Below, piece after piece: positions 18,889 through 28,002 of a DNA stretch of 64,000 nt. The DNA is from an uncultured bacterium (lineage in GTDB: Bacteria; Planctomycetota; GCA-002687715): positions 4,868 to 68,867 of the forward strand of contig CADEGH010000026.1 in NCBI GenBank assembly GCA_902826835.1, in the 5' to 3' direction. The number at the start of each line of letters is the position of its first letter. Position 1 is the first letter of the stretch. The notes under the pieces are model-generated. The model made no database searches, was not told the DNA's origin, and was given only the letters and a program-made list of their open reading frames with translations. A program made the translations under genes and the position numbers.

Positions 18889-19752
18889 TTGATAGGATGC
18901 CCCATGAACTGGTCTGTGCGTGTCCAATCCGAACGAGAACGCCTCCTCGCTGCCGCGAAGGAGTCGACCGCCAATGCTCGCCTCCTCGGCCCCCTCACCA
19001 AAGAAAGTGCCTATGGAGATTGGAAAAAACTCTCCCGCACCGTCCTGCAAATGAAACCCAAGGTACAGGGAGGGAACGAAGCCCTCCTGAACATGCTCAC
19101 CGAACTGGAAGGCTGGCTCCGCGAAGCGCCGGAGACCCAGCGGCGCGAGGTCGGCCGCCTTTTGAAGCAGATGTGCGAGGAGCGAGGACTGTCCTTTGGG
19201 GTCACGAGCCGCGATGACCCCGTCAAATTGCGCATCGCGCCGTTCGCGGTGGAGATCGACTTTCAAGCCGGAAAAGCCTCGCTCCAGTTTGCCCAGAAGA
19301 TCATTTCCGCTGCCCGAGTGGATGCGGCGGACATCCTCGCCAAGCGCGAGGAGATCATGAAGCACTGGGACGCCGGCTTCGATCCCGGGCAGTTCCACGA
19401 GCGCTGCCGCCGCGCGTGGCGCGCGGCGAAGGCGGCCGAAGAGCAGGTCGAGGATCGGGTCGAAATCCTCAAATTCCTGCCTCACCTGGCCCTCCAGATG
19501 CAGTCCGAAAAGTTCGCAATCGAGCCCGAGTCCAAGAGTTTTCAGGGCTACGGCCGGGCCCGCTTCGCCTACGACATCATGAAGCTCCGTCGGGACCGCA
19601 AGCTCGATCACGGCGGATGGAGACTGAATCTCGGGGTCGCGACCGGTGGGTCCGGTCAGGACAACAAGCGCGCCGTGTACTTCGAGGACGAACACGGCGT
19701 CGGCGAAAAGAAGATCAACGTCTTCTTTCAGCGCAGCGAGGCGAGCGCATGA
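18889..19752 (+). CDS. Hypothetical protein; first gene of the NTPase-helicase cassette.
   Basis: The ORF is 287 aa with no motif I can assign. An alternative ATG at 18904 has an AGGA ribosome-binding site 6 nt upstream. Its stop overlaps the ATG of the next gene (gcATGAagg at 19749-19752). Confidence 0.6.
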   Translation: MIGCPMNWSVRVQSERERLLAAAKESTANARLLGPLTKESAYGDWKKLSRTVLQMKPKVQGGNEALLNMLTELEGWLREAPETQRREVGRLLKQMCEERGLSFGVTSRDDPVKLRIAPFAVEIDFQAGKASLQFAQKIISAARVDAADILAKREEIMKHWDAGFDPGQFHERCRRAWRAAKAAEEQVEDRVEILKFLPHLALQMQSEKFAIEPESKSFQGYGRARFAYDIMKLRRDRKLDHGGWRLNLGVATGGSGQDNKRAVYFEDEHGVGEKKINVFFQRSEASA

Positions 19753-21023
19753 AGGATTTGCAGTCGCTCCTCCCTTCCGCAGCCGCGCACATCGTGCAGC
19801 GAATGGGCGAGTCGGGCCAGCCACCCGAGCGCCAAGCTCTGGCGGTGAATGTCGGCACGGACGAAATCCTCGCGACGCTCCGAACCGAATATCTGGTGCC
19901 GATGAAGTCCGGCCGCAACTCGAGCTTCAAGCTCGTGCAGGCCACCTTCGGCGGCGGCAAGACCCAGTTCCTCCATTGCTTGCGAGAGCTCTCCGAGGCG
20001 GAAGGATTTGCGACCGCGCTTGTGGGGGTGTCCCCGAAGGAGTGCCCGTTCGATGATGCGGCGCGGATTTGGCGGGCAGTGGCCCGCACGGTCGAGATGC
20101 CGGCGGGCGAGGAGGCCTTTGTCCGTCGACCCGGTCTCGACCATCTACTCCGCCAATTTGCCGAATCGCGAGTCGAAGAATTTGGGAAGGCCGAGTTTAC
20201 CGACTGGGTGCAAACCGAACTCGCCCGAGCCGCCGTCGAAAGCACGTCGTTCCTCCGCGCGGTAGTCGCCTTCTTGAAAGCCACCACCACGGGCGATTCC
20301 GGCGCCGAGGATACGCTCGGCGACTATCTGCGCGGGGAAGCCGTCCCGCTTTCCGAACTCGCGGACTACCGCATCCGGGAACTCCCGAACGACGAAAACG
20401 GTTTCCGATTCCTGCGCACCCTCGCGCAGGTGCTCCGCCACCTCGAGCTCCCCGGCCTCGTGCTCCTCTTCGACGAAATGGACCGCACGATGAGTCTGCC
20501 CAAGCGCAAGAAACGCGCGATCGGCGACAATCTGCGGCAAATGATCGATCATTGCGGCCAGGCGGTGTTCCCCGGCGTGCTCCTCGTCTACGCCGTGCCT
20601 CCGGAATTCATGACGCAGGTCGTGGTGGAATACCCGGCGCTCGAGCAGCGGCTCAAACACGCGGCGGGGCTCGGACCCAAGTCTCCGCTCGCCCCCCTCA
20701 TCGACCTCGATCACCTGCCGCTCCCCACTGTCCAGCTCTTCCGCAAGATCGGCGAGAGGCTCCTGGCCCTCTATCAGCGAGGTTACTCGGTGGATCTGGA
20801 CTCCGACCTCCAACTCCAAAATTTGCAACACCTCTCCCGCACTCTCGGGGAGGACGCGCTCGAAACCGGTTCGCGCCGCACCTTCGTGAAGGCGGCCGTG
20901 AGCTTGCTCGCCAACCAGCACCACGAAGGCAAACGTAGGCTTTCCGACGCGGACATCGAACGCTTGGCCCGCGCGGCCCGTGACGCTGACAAGCGCGTCA
21001 TGGAAGGCGAGCGCGAGATTTGA
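19749..21023 (+). CDS. P-loop NTPase with BrxD/DUF2791-like architecture.
   Basis: Walker A (QATFGGGKTQFLHCL) and Walker B (LVLLFDEMD) motifs are present. The protein is about 424 aa. Its start overlaps the stop of the upstream gene, and the track ORF 19416..21023 contains this in-frame start. Confidence 0.65.
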   Translation: MKDLQSLLPSAAAHIVQRMGESGQPPERQALAVNVGTDEILATLRTEYLVPMKSGRNSSFKLVQATFGGGKTQFLHCLRELSEAEGFATALVGVSPKECPFDDAARIWRAVARTVEMPAGEEAFVRRPGLDHLLRQFAESRVEEFGKAEFTDWVQTELARAAVESTSFLRAVVAFLKATTTGDSGAEDTLGDYLRGEAVPLSELADYRIRELPNDENGFRFLRTLAQVLRHLELPGLVLLFDEMDRTMSLPKRKKRAIGDNLRQMIDHCGQAVFPGVLLVYAVPPEFMTQVVVEYPALEQRLKHAAGLGPKSPLAPLIDLDHLPLPTVQLFRKIGERLLALYQRGYSVDLDSDLQLQNLQHLSRTLGEDALETGSRRTFVKAAVSLLANQHHEGKRRLSDADIERLARAARDADKRVMEGEREI

Positions 21024-21025
21024 CG

Positions 21026-22435
21026 ATGCACTCTGTCCGGCTCGGCTCGCGGGTGATCCACCCCCGCTTCGGAGAGGGCACGGTGGTTGCCCTTGTGGTG
21101 GGTTACAAGGCCAAGGTGCGGTTCGACGCCCGGCCCACCCTACCGAGAACGTTCTTACAGCGGGACCTGAAGCCGACGGATCGGGCCGAACTCGCGCTTT
21201 CCGCGGAAGCGGCGGGGGCGCCAGCCGCCCATTTGCCCAAGGTGGCGAACCTGATCCGCGAGCGCATCACGACCGCTTCGTCGGAAGAACGGTCCGATGC
21301 ACGCCAAGCGATGGAGGCGATCCGCCTCGGCGTGGTTCCGTCGCGTTGCGCCCGCGACTACACGGTGGCCCGCGACGCAGCGCTCGCATCGTTCGATGCG
21401 CTGCTTGAGTCTCGGCGGGGGATGCGCGTTCTTTGGGGCGACTACGGGGCGGGCAAGACCCACTTGCTCGACGTCATCGAGACCACCGCGCTCGAGCGCC
21501 AATTTGTCACCTCGCGGATTGCGCTCGGCCCCGACGAGGCTCCCCCTTCGCAGCCGCAGAGGTTATTCCGAGCGCTCGTCACCCGCCTCCGTCTGCCCGA
21601 CGGCGCCGGAGTGGGACTCTTGGCCCTGCTCGAACGGTTGGTCGAAAGCGCTGATCACCACACGCCGGATGGAAAGCGATTCAGTCGCTTCTTTTCGCCG
21701 TACCTTTGGGCCCAACACCGCCACGACGAAGGAGCGGCGGCCCTGATGTCCGACTACCTCCTCGGGGAGCCCACCGATCCCTACTTGCTCGAGCGAGGCC
21801 TCCGCCGGGTGCGCTGGCCGGGTCCGAAACCGCTCGTGCTCTCGGATTTTCGCACCTACGGCCGGGTCTATTTGCACCTGTTCGGAGTGCTCGCGGCCTG
21901 GTGCAAGGACGCGGGCTACCGCGGGCTGCTCTTGCTCTTGGACGAAGTCGAATACGTCGAGGGGCAAGGCACTGCCGAGGCCGAACGGGCCCAAGACGTA
22001 CTCGATCACTTCGCCGCCTCGACAATCGAGCCCGAAGAACTCGGATTCGATCCCGAGGGCCTCTACAAAGGTGGTCAGGCCGTTCACCGCGCGTTGCCCT
22101 TACGATTCGATGATGACCATCCCTTGGCGGTCGTACTCGCGGCGACCCCTCTGCCGGAGATTTGGACGGGCCTCCACTCGCGCTACCGCGCTCCCCACCT
22201 CGACGTGCTCCTGACTCCCCTCGTCCAGGCGGATTTGGTCGAACTCGTCAAGCGCATCTTCCTCCTCTATCGCGTGGCCTATCCCGATTACCGGCCCGAA
22301 GATCAACTGGTCCGCGGCATCGCGAGCGCGCTCTCGGCAATTCTCGAACGCGGCGAAAACTCGACCCGCGCGCTGGTTCGTGCCACCGTCGCGCTCTGTG
22401 ACCGGGCGCGCATTTTCGGCTCGCTCGACGCATGA
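21026..22435 (+). CDS. P-loop NTPase, paralog of the upstream gene, with an N-terminal UvrD-C-terminal-like (HPxFGxGxV) domain.
   Basis: The N-terminus GSRVIHPRFGEGTVVALVVGYKAKVRFD resembles the Tudor-like C-terminal domain of UvrD/PcrA. Walker A (GDYGAGKTHLLD) and Walker B (LLLLLDEVEY) motifs follow. The ATG at 21026 lies 3 nt after the upstream stop; the track starts the ORF at a TTG at 21020. Confidence 0.65.
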   Translation: MHSVRLGSRVIHPRFGEGTVVALVVGYKAKVRFDARPTLPRTFLQRDLKPTDRAELALSAEAAGAPAAHLPKVANLIRERITTASSEERSDARQAMEAIRLGVVPSRCARDYTVARDAALASFDALLESRRGMRVLWGDYGAGKTHLLDVIETTALERQFVTSRIALGPDEAPPSQPQRLFRALVTRLRLPDGAGVGLLALLERLVESADHHTPDGKRFSRFFSPYLWAQHRHDEGAAALMSDYLLGEPTDPYLLERGLRRVRWPGPKPLVLSDFRTYGRVYLHLFGVLAAWCKDAGYRGLLLLLDEVEYVEGQGTAEAERAQDVLDHFAASTIEPEELGFDPEGLYKGGQAVHRALPLRFDDDHPLAVVLAATPLPEIWTGLHSRYRAPHLDVLLTPLVQADLVELVKRIFLLYRVAYPDYRPEDQLVRGIASALSAILERGENSTRALVRATVALCDRARIFGSLDA

Positions 22436-24480
22436 AATCGCTGCCGGAGTGGCTCCCGGCCGCCTATCCGGTCTTTCTCGGTCGCTTCCCGAAGCCGACT
22501 CCGGTTCAACTCCAAGCGATTCCGTTGATCATGGAGGGAAAGGATGTCCTGATCTGCGCGCCGACCGCCTCCGGCAAGACGGAAGCATTTGCCGCCCCCG
22601 CCGCGGAAATGGTGCGGTTCGCACGTTCGAGCGACCTGCGTGTCTTGATACTCAGTCCGACCCGCGCCTTGGCGAACGATCTCTATCGCAGACTTCAGTC
22701 CCGCTTCGAAGACTCGAGCGTCAGCCTCGGACGCTACACCGGTGAGCACAAGGACCGAGTTGGTGGAAAGCTCCCCGCCGTGGCCATCGCCACGCCGGAG
22801 GCTCTCGACTCGCTCTTGGCGCGCCGATCGGCGGCGCTGCGCTCGGTGCGCCTTTTGGTCATGGATGAAATCCACATCCTCGACGGCAGCACCCGCGGCG
22901 ACCATTTGCGTGTCCTACTGCATCGCCTGCGCCAGGCGACCGGCCACCACATTCAGCGCCTCGCCGTGTCCGCCACCGTCGATCATCCCGAGGCATTGGC
23001 GCGACGCTATTTGCACGCCGCGTCGATCGTCACCGTGCCCGGAAATCGACCCCTCTTGGTACGCAGTTTTCCCGGTAGTGGCCCCGAAGACGTGGTTCGT
23101 CACTGCGACACTTTGGCCGAGCACGGATTGCGCAAGATCCTGATCTTCTGCAATCGCCGCGCCGACGTGGAAACTCTGACCCGCAAACTCCGGGAGCAGG
23201 GCCGATTCCGCGAGGCCATTTTCCCGCACCACGGATCCCTGTCTCAGACCATCCGGGAGCGCACTGAGGAGCGCTTTCTCTCCGCCCCCGCCGCGGTGGC
23301 CATCGCCACCATGACTCTCGAAATCGGAATCGACATCGGGAGTGTCGACTATGTGCTCTTGGTCGGGCTGCCGCTGAGCGTCGCCTCCCTTCTCCAGCGG
23401 ATCGGCCGCGGCAACCGACGAACCGGTCAGACCCGTGCGGGTTACACCGTCGACCGGCCCCGTGACGAAATCATCGCTTCCAAGCTGTTTCGGTCCGCCA
23501 AGGCCGGCCAGCTCCACGGTGCTCCCTATGCGTTCCGTCCGAGCGTGATCGTGCAGCAGGCCTTGGTTCTGGCCGGCGCCCACCATTGGGTCGACGCCGC
23601 TCGTCTGGAGGCCGCCGTGCCTCCCGAGCTGTGGCAGGAGTCGGCTCCGGCGGAGGCGCAGGACATTCTCGAAACGTTGGTCGAGCGGGGCCATCTGGAG
23701 GCGAGCGGAGGGCGGCGCTACGTGCTCTCGGAGTCGATCGAGGCCCGCTACGAACGCGGAGTCCTCCACTCCAACCTCGCCGACGATCCCGGAGTCGAAG
23801 TCATCGATCGCCTCACCGGCGAGGTGATCGGCAAGGTGGATCTCCCCGAAAATCGCGAACAACATCTCGCTGGCGAGTCCCGACGGATCGTGGCCATCAC
23901 CAAGGAGGCCATCCTCACGGATCGAAGCCGGGGCGACGTGATTCCCCAGTTCAGTTCGAAGGGGATTCCGCTCACCAGTTTTGCCCTGGCACGGGCGGTC
24001 ATTCGATCGATCCCAGTCTCCGCCGTCTCCACCGAGCTTCGAGAGTTCGACATTCCCCACTTCCGCGTGGGCAGCTCCCTGTTTGTCCTGCACGGCCTCG
24101 GAACGCTCGGGGGATGGCTGCTCTCCAAATGGCTGGAGAAACGGGAGGACCTAATGCCGGAAAGTCAGACGGCGTACGGACTGCGGGTTGCCACGCCGAA
24201 TTTCCGCTTGCCGGCGCCCGCGCTCGACGAACTCGAAGACCTCATCACCCGCGAGGCTCGTCGCCTCGAGGAGCTGTGCGCGCCCGGTCCGTGGCACGGA
24301 GATCTTCCGACATCCGTCAAGATCGCCAGCCTCACCAGGCTGTCGGGGGCCGCCGCGCTCGCGGATTTCCTCGCCAAGGCCCGCTTGGTTCCGGTTGAAC
24401 TCGGAGACGAAGATCGCCAAGCTTGGGCCGATCTCGTGGCTTCCTCCGCGCCGTTGCGCCCCCCTCAAGAATCCCCATGA
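22432..24480 (+). CDS. Superfamily-2 DEAD/DEAH-box helicase, Lhr/BrxHI-like.
   Basis: The helicase motifs are present: Q-motif PTPVQLQAIP, motif I CAPTASGKTEAF, motif II LVMDEIHILDG (DEIH), motif III SATV, and motif VI LLQRIGRGNRR. The start overlaps the upstream stop (gcATGAaa at 22432-22435). Confidence 0.8.
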   Translation: MKSLPEWLPAAYPVFLGRFPKPTPVQLQAIPLIMEGKDVLICAPTASGKTEAFAAPAAEMVRFARSSDLRVLILSPTRALANDLYRRLQSRFEDSSVSLGRYTGEHKDRVGGKLPAVAIATPEALDSLLARRSAALRSVRLLVMDEIHILDGSTRGDHLRVLLHRLRQATGHHIQRLAVSATVDHPEALARRYLHAASIVTVPGNRPLLVRSFPGSGPEDVVRHCDTLAEHGLRKILIFCNRRADVETLTRKLREQGRFREAIFPHHGSLSQTIRERTEERFLSAPAAVAIATMTLEIGIDIGSVDYVLLVGLPLSVASLLQRIGRGNRRTGQTRAGYTVDRPRDEIIASKLFRSAKAGQLHGAPYAFRPSVIVQQALVLAGAHHWVDAARLEAAVPPELWQESAPAEAQDILETLVERGHLEASGGRRYVLSESIEARYERGVLHSNLADDPGVEVIDRLTGEVIGKVDLPENREQHLAGESRRIVAITKEAILTDRSRGDVIPQFSSKGIPLTSFALARAVIRSIPVSAVSTELREFDIPHFRVGSSLFVLHGLGTLGGWLLSKWLEKREDLMPESQTAYGLRVATPNFRLPAPALDELEDLITREARRLEELCAPGPWHGDLPTSVKIASLTRLSGAAALADFLAKARLVPVELGDEDRQAWADLVASSAPLRPPQESP

Positions 24481-25598
24481 CCTTCATCCTCGTCGCCAGC
24501 GCCGCCCTCTTCTTGGCCTCGGTGCTGATCACAGTCCTGATTTGGCTCGGCTTGAGAATCACTCTCGGACCACGACCCGGATTTTGGCGGCGGGCGCTGA
24601 TCGCGCTCGGACTCCTGTTGCCCGTCATCGTATTCATCGGCGCTCCGATCGCCCTCGGGATCTTCGGAGGCTCCAACATCGGGACTCGCCACGACGAGCG
24701 GGGATACCGCGGACCGCGCATCGCCCGCGACGGAAGCTGGGTCCGGCAGAGTCGCGCTACGCTGCGCCAAGAAGCGAAGGGGGAGATCGAAGTCGAGCCG
24801 GCGCTCCGCGCTTCCGCCGACGCCGCGCTCATCGGCCTGAAGACCCTTGACGGCCTCGAACTGCGGGCGTTCTTCGTTCCCCCCGTGGGCGGTGCACCCA
24901 AGGCCAGCGTCGTCCTCGTGCACGGCCTTTTTCGGGGTGGGCTCGAACTCGAGGCCCCGGCGGAGCTGTTCCGCAACCTCGGGGCCGAAGTGCTGCTCTT
25001 GGAAATGCGCAACCACGGCGGGAGCGCGCGGGCCCCCGCCACCTTCGGGGCGACCGAAAAGCAGGACGTCATCGCCGCCGTGCAGTGGTTGCGCCGCGAT
25101 CCGGAGCGAGCGCGGCGCCCCCTCGTGCTCTTCGGAGTCAGCCTCGGCACCGCCGCGGTGGTCCTCGCGGCCGCCGAGATTCCCGACTTGGCGGGCCTGG
25201 TCCTGGATGCGCCCGTGGACGATCTCCTCTTGACGGCGCATCGCATGCTTTCCGAGGAGGCGCGGGCCGGTCGACCAGGACCGAGCCTCGGTGAACCCTT
25301 CCGTTCTTGGGCACTCACCGCCATCGAGTGGAAAAACGGCTTCCGATTCGCGGATGTCCGGCCCATCGATGTCGTGTCTGGGCTCTCCCCGGAGCTGGCG
25401 GTTCTCGTCATTTCCGGGAGTGAAGACGTGCGCCTGCCGCCGTCCACCGCGGAGGCGATGCACCGGGCCTTCCCGGTGCCGGCCGACCGTAAACTCCTCT
25501 GGGTCCGTGAGGGGTCCGATCACGGCCAAGTGTGGGTCGACGATCCGGAGGGCTACCGATCTCGGCTGGAGCAGTTCTTCGCTCTGCTCCCCCGCTGA
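24477..25598 (+). CDS. Membrane-anchored alpha/beta-fold hydrolase (two N-terminal TM helices).
   Basis: Two TM segments (MTFILVASAALFLASVLITVLIWLGL and LIALGLLLPVIVFIGAPIALGIF) precede an alpha/beta hydrolase core with a GVSLG nucleophile elbow. The start overlaps the helicase stop (ccATGA at 24477-24480). Confidence 0.75.
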   Translation: MTFILVASAALFLASVLITVLIWLGLRITLGPRPGFWRRALIALGLLLPVIVFIGAPIALGIFGGSNIGTRHDERGYRGPRIARDGSWVRQSRATLRQEAKGEIEVEPALRASADAALIGLKTLDGLELRAFFVPPVGGAPKASVVLVHGLFRGGLELEAPAELFRNLGAEVLLLEMRNHGGSARAPATFGATEKQDVIAAVQWLRRDPERARRPLVLFGVSLGTAAVVLAAAEIPDLAGLVLDAPVDDLLLTAHRMLSEEARAGRPGPSLGEPFRSWALTAIEWKNGFRFADVRPIDVVSGLSPELAVLVISGSEDVRLPPSTAEAMHRAFPVPADRKLLWVREGSDHGQVWVDDPEGYRSRLEQFFALLPR

Positions 25599-25643
25599 CG
25601 CCAGGAGCCCAAATGCGCTAAGCTTCGGCCGGAGGAGCTTCCT

Positions 25644-26294
25644 TTGTCGAGTGAACTCGATCCGACGGAACGACGCCTGCTCGGGGTGCTGATCGAAAAG
25701 CAACTCTCCACTCCGGACGCCTACCCGCTTTCCCTCAACGCTCTGGTGCTCGGGGCCAATCAGAAGTCGTGCCGCGACCCCATCACGAGCTACGCCGACT
25801 GGGAAGTCGAAGGTGCGGTGACTTCTCTTTGCAACAAGAAGTGGGCGATGCACATCGAAGGCGGACGGGTTCGCCGCTGGCGGCATCAGGCCTCCGAAAA
25901 ACTGGGCATCGACAAGGCCGGCTTGGCCGTACTCGCCGAGCTTCTGCTCCGCGGTTCTCAGCAACCGGCGGAGCTGCGCCGCAACGCCGGCCGCTTGAGC
26001 CCGATCCACAGCGACGAGGAAATGCAGGCCATCCTCGACCAGCTCGCGGCGAAATTGCCGCCCTTGGTCAAGAACATCGGTCGAGCCCCTCGTGAACGCG
26101 ATGTGCGCTGGACTCAAACGCTCGCGCCCGACGAGCTTCCCGATGGTACCGGGCTGAGCGGGGCGGCGGCCTCCGCACCTCCCTCTCCCTCGCCGATGGT
26201 CGGGGGCTCCACTCCAACCCCGGCGCAACTACTCGCCCGTATCGAAGCGCTTGAGCACGAAGTCGCGGAGCTCAAGCGCAGCCTCGGCGCGTAG
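25644..26294 (+). CDS. DUF480/YceH (UPF0502) family protein.
   Basis: The sequence SSELDPTERRLLGVLIEKQLSTPDAYPLSLNALVLGANQKSCRDP matches the YceH family. The start is TTG, with a perfect GGAGGAG ribosome-binding site 8 nt upstream. The C-terminus is a coiled coil. Confidence 0.75.
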   Translation: MSSELDPTERRLLGVLIEKQLSTPDAYPLSLNALVLGANQKSCRDPITSYADWEVEGAVTSLCNKKWAMHIEGGRVRRWRHQASEKLGIDKAGLAVLAELLLRGSQQPAELRRNAGRLSPIHSDEEMQAILDQLAAKLPPLVKNIGRAPRERDVRWTQTLAPDELPDGTGLSGAAASAPPSPSPMVGGSTPTPAQLLARIEALEHEVAELKRSLGA

Positions 26295-26355
26295 ACCGCT
26301 CGTATTCGCTCCGCTTTTTTCCTACGATCGGCGCTCAGCCGAACGGAGCCCGACG

Positions 26356-26724
26356 ATGGACGACGCCAAAGCCAACTTCCAAGCCCTCAGCGCCTCGGAG
26401 AAATTCGCCGGGGTTTCCGCCGCCGGGGTCGTTTTTTTCTACCTCGTTGCGAAGGCCTACCAGCTCGGCGGAATCTTTCCGACCTGCTCAATCATCGGGG
26501 GCCTGGGCGTCCTGATTCTCGTGGGCTCGAGCATGGCAGGCATGGTGTTGGTCGATGCGGCGCTTCGACCGAAGCTCTTGATCGGCCTCTCGCTCCTGCC
26601 TCTGTTCGGATTTGTCGTCGACGCACTCTCCAACTTCTGGTACGCGGCGCTCCTGTTCAGCACCCTCGCCATGGCCTATTCGGCCGTGCTCGCCCTCGGG
26701 GGCAAGAAACCGAGTTCCGCGTGA
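26356..26724 (+). CDS. Small integral membrane protein; hypothetical.
   Basis: Three or four hydrophobic helices are present (FAGVSAAGVVFFYLVAKAY, IIGGLGVLILVGSSMAGMVLV, LIGLSLLPLFGFVV, YAALLFSTLAMAYSAVLAL). The ATG at 26356 lies within track ORF 26251..26724. The stop overlaps the next start (ATGA). Confidence 0.5.
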   Translation: MDDAKANFQALSASEKFAGVSAAGVVFFYLVAKAYQLGGIFPTCSIIGGLGVLILVGSSMAGMVLVDAALRPKLLIGLSLLPLFGFVVDALSNFWYAALLFSTLAMAYSAVLALGGKKPSSA

Positions 26725-27155
26725 CCCTCCATCAACCGGTTCAAGTCCCCGGCAGCGTGGCCCCCCGCGGATACTCCGACGGCGTGGTCAGCAGTGCCGG
26801 GTGTCGGCTCCTTCATCTCGGTGGTCATGTGGCCTTCGATTCCGAGCGGCGCATTCGACATCCCGGTGACTTGGTCGGTCAGATGCGCGTCGTGCTCGAA
26901 AATCTCAAGGGCACTCTGAGTGCGGCCGGGGGCGGGCCCGAACACTTGGTCAAACTCACGATCCACACCACGGACGTGCTGAAGTACCGGGCGAACCTCG
27001 GCGAGATCGGCAAGATATGGCGCTCCATCCTGGGCTGCGCCTATCCGGCGATGACCTTACTGGGCGTGCGCGAGCTGTTCGATGACGGCGCAGTGCTCGA
27101 GATCGACGGCGTCGCCGCATTGCCGCCGGATTCCGCCTCCGATTCGAGCCTGTAG
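26721..27155 (+). CDS. RidA/YjgF/Endoribonuclease L-PSP family protein.
   Basis: The length (144 aa) and motifs (HLVKLTIHTTD, AMTLLGVRELFDDGAVLEIDGVAAL) are typical of the YjgF/RidA fold. Confidence 0.8.
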   Translation: MTLHQPVQVPGSVAPRGYSDGVVSSAGCRLLHLGGHVAFDSERRIRHPGDLVGQMRVVLENLKGTLSAAGGGPEHLVKLTIHTTDVLKYRANLGEIGKIWRSILGCAYPAMTLLGVRELFDDGAVLEIDGVAALPPDSASDSSL

Positions 27156-27165
27156 AAACTCCACC

Positions 27166-27873
27166 ATGACGACCGAGAGTCTCATCGTCGCTCCCGGGCC
27201 GCGGGACGGCACCGTGCGCACCAGCCATGGACAGGTGTTGACGGTCCCGGCCGGCTGGGAGCTCCTGCCGCCCGGAGATGCCTGGGCGACCAAGAAGGTC
27301 AAGGCTGCCGGTCCGACCTGGACCGTGCAGGAGAAGCGGGGTCGCAAGCTCTTCGGCCGCGGAATCTGGGCCCCAAAGGCGCACATCGCGGCCGCACTCG
27401 CAGAGGTGGCGGAACGTCGCTCCACCGCGGAACACGCCGCCCAATTGTCGGCCAGCCGCGAGCGTCGCGCCCGTGCCGAGGAAGCCTACGCCGAGGACTT
27501 TGCCCAGGCGGTGTTTCAGTTCTTAGGCTTCCACCCTCGGCATGCGGAATTGGGATTGGCGCTGGCCGAAGTCGTGGCCCAACACGCGACGCCGGTGGGA
27601 AGCGGCACGGTCGCTCGCACGAAACGCATTCCCGTCGAGAAGCGCGCGGAAGCGGCTCTCATCGCCTGGATGCGCCACCAGACCACACAATACGACCACA
27701 TGAAAATCGCCCGGGTCAAGGGGCTGCGCCGCGAAGTTCGCCGCGCGCTGGCCGAGCAGTCCCGCGCCCTTCTCGAGCCCTACCGGCGGGGCGCTCAGAT
27801 TTCGGCCGGGGCTTGTCCGCTCCGGCGAGCGCTGGATTCCAAGGTGCGTGATCGCTCGGGGGCTTCGACTTAG
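27166..27873 (+). CDS. DUF2293 domain protein.
   Basis: The motif VARTKRIPVEKRAEAALIAWMRHQTTQYDHMKIARVKGLRREVRR matches the conserved DUF2293 core. The ATG at 27166 lies within track ORF 27082..27873. Confidence 0.7.
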   Translation: MTTESLIVAPGPRDGTVRTSHGQVLTVPAGWELLPPGDAWATKKVKAAGPTWTVQEKRGRKLFGRGIWAPKAHIAAALAEVAERRSTAEHAAQLSASRERRARAEEAYAEDFAQAVFQFLGFHPRHAELGLALAEVVAQHATPVGSGTVARTKRIPVEKRAEAALIAWMRHQTTQYDHMKIARVKGLRREVRRALAEQSRALLEPYRRGAQISAGACPLRRALDSKVRDRSGAST

Positions 27874-28002
27874 CGTATCCAGGAGCGCCGCGGCTGCCGG
27901 AATTCTCGGGATAGTCCCCGCCCGATGCACGGCACACTCTGTGCGAGCAGGGGTCCTCTCGCCTTGGGAATCCACCTCACGACATCCCGGAGTTACACGC
28001 AT

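Noticed and set aside
18808-26228. Long minus-strand ORFs across the cassette (18808..19824, 20145..20924, 21563..22087, 22915..24093, 24332..25447, 24465..26228)
   Set aside because: All are antisense to plus-strand genes that carry Walker, helicase and hydrolase motifs and show operon-style start/stop coupling. They are high-GC artefacts.
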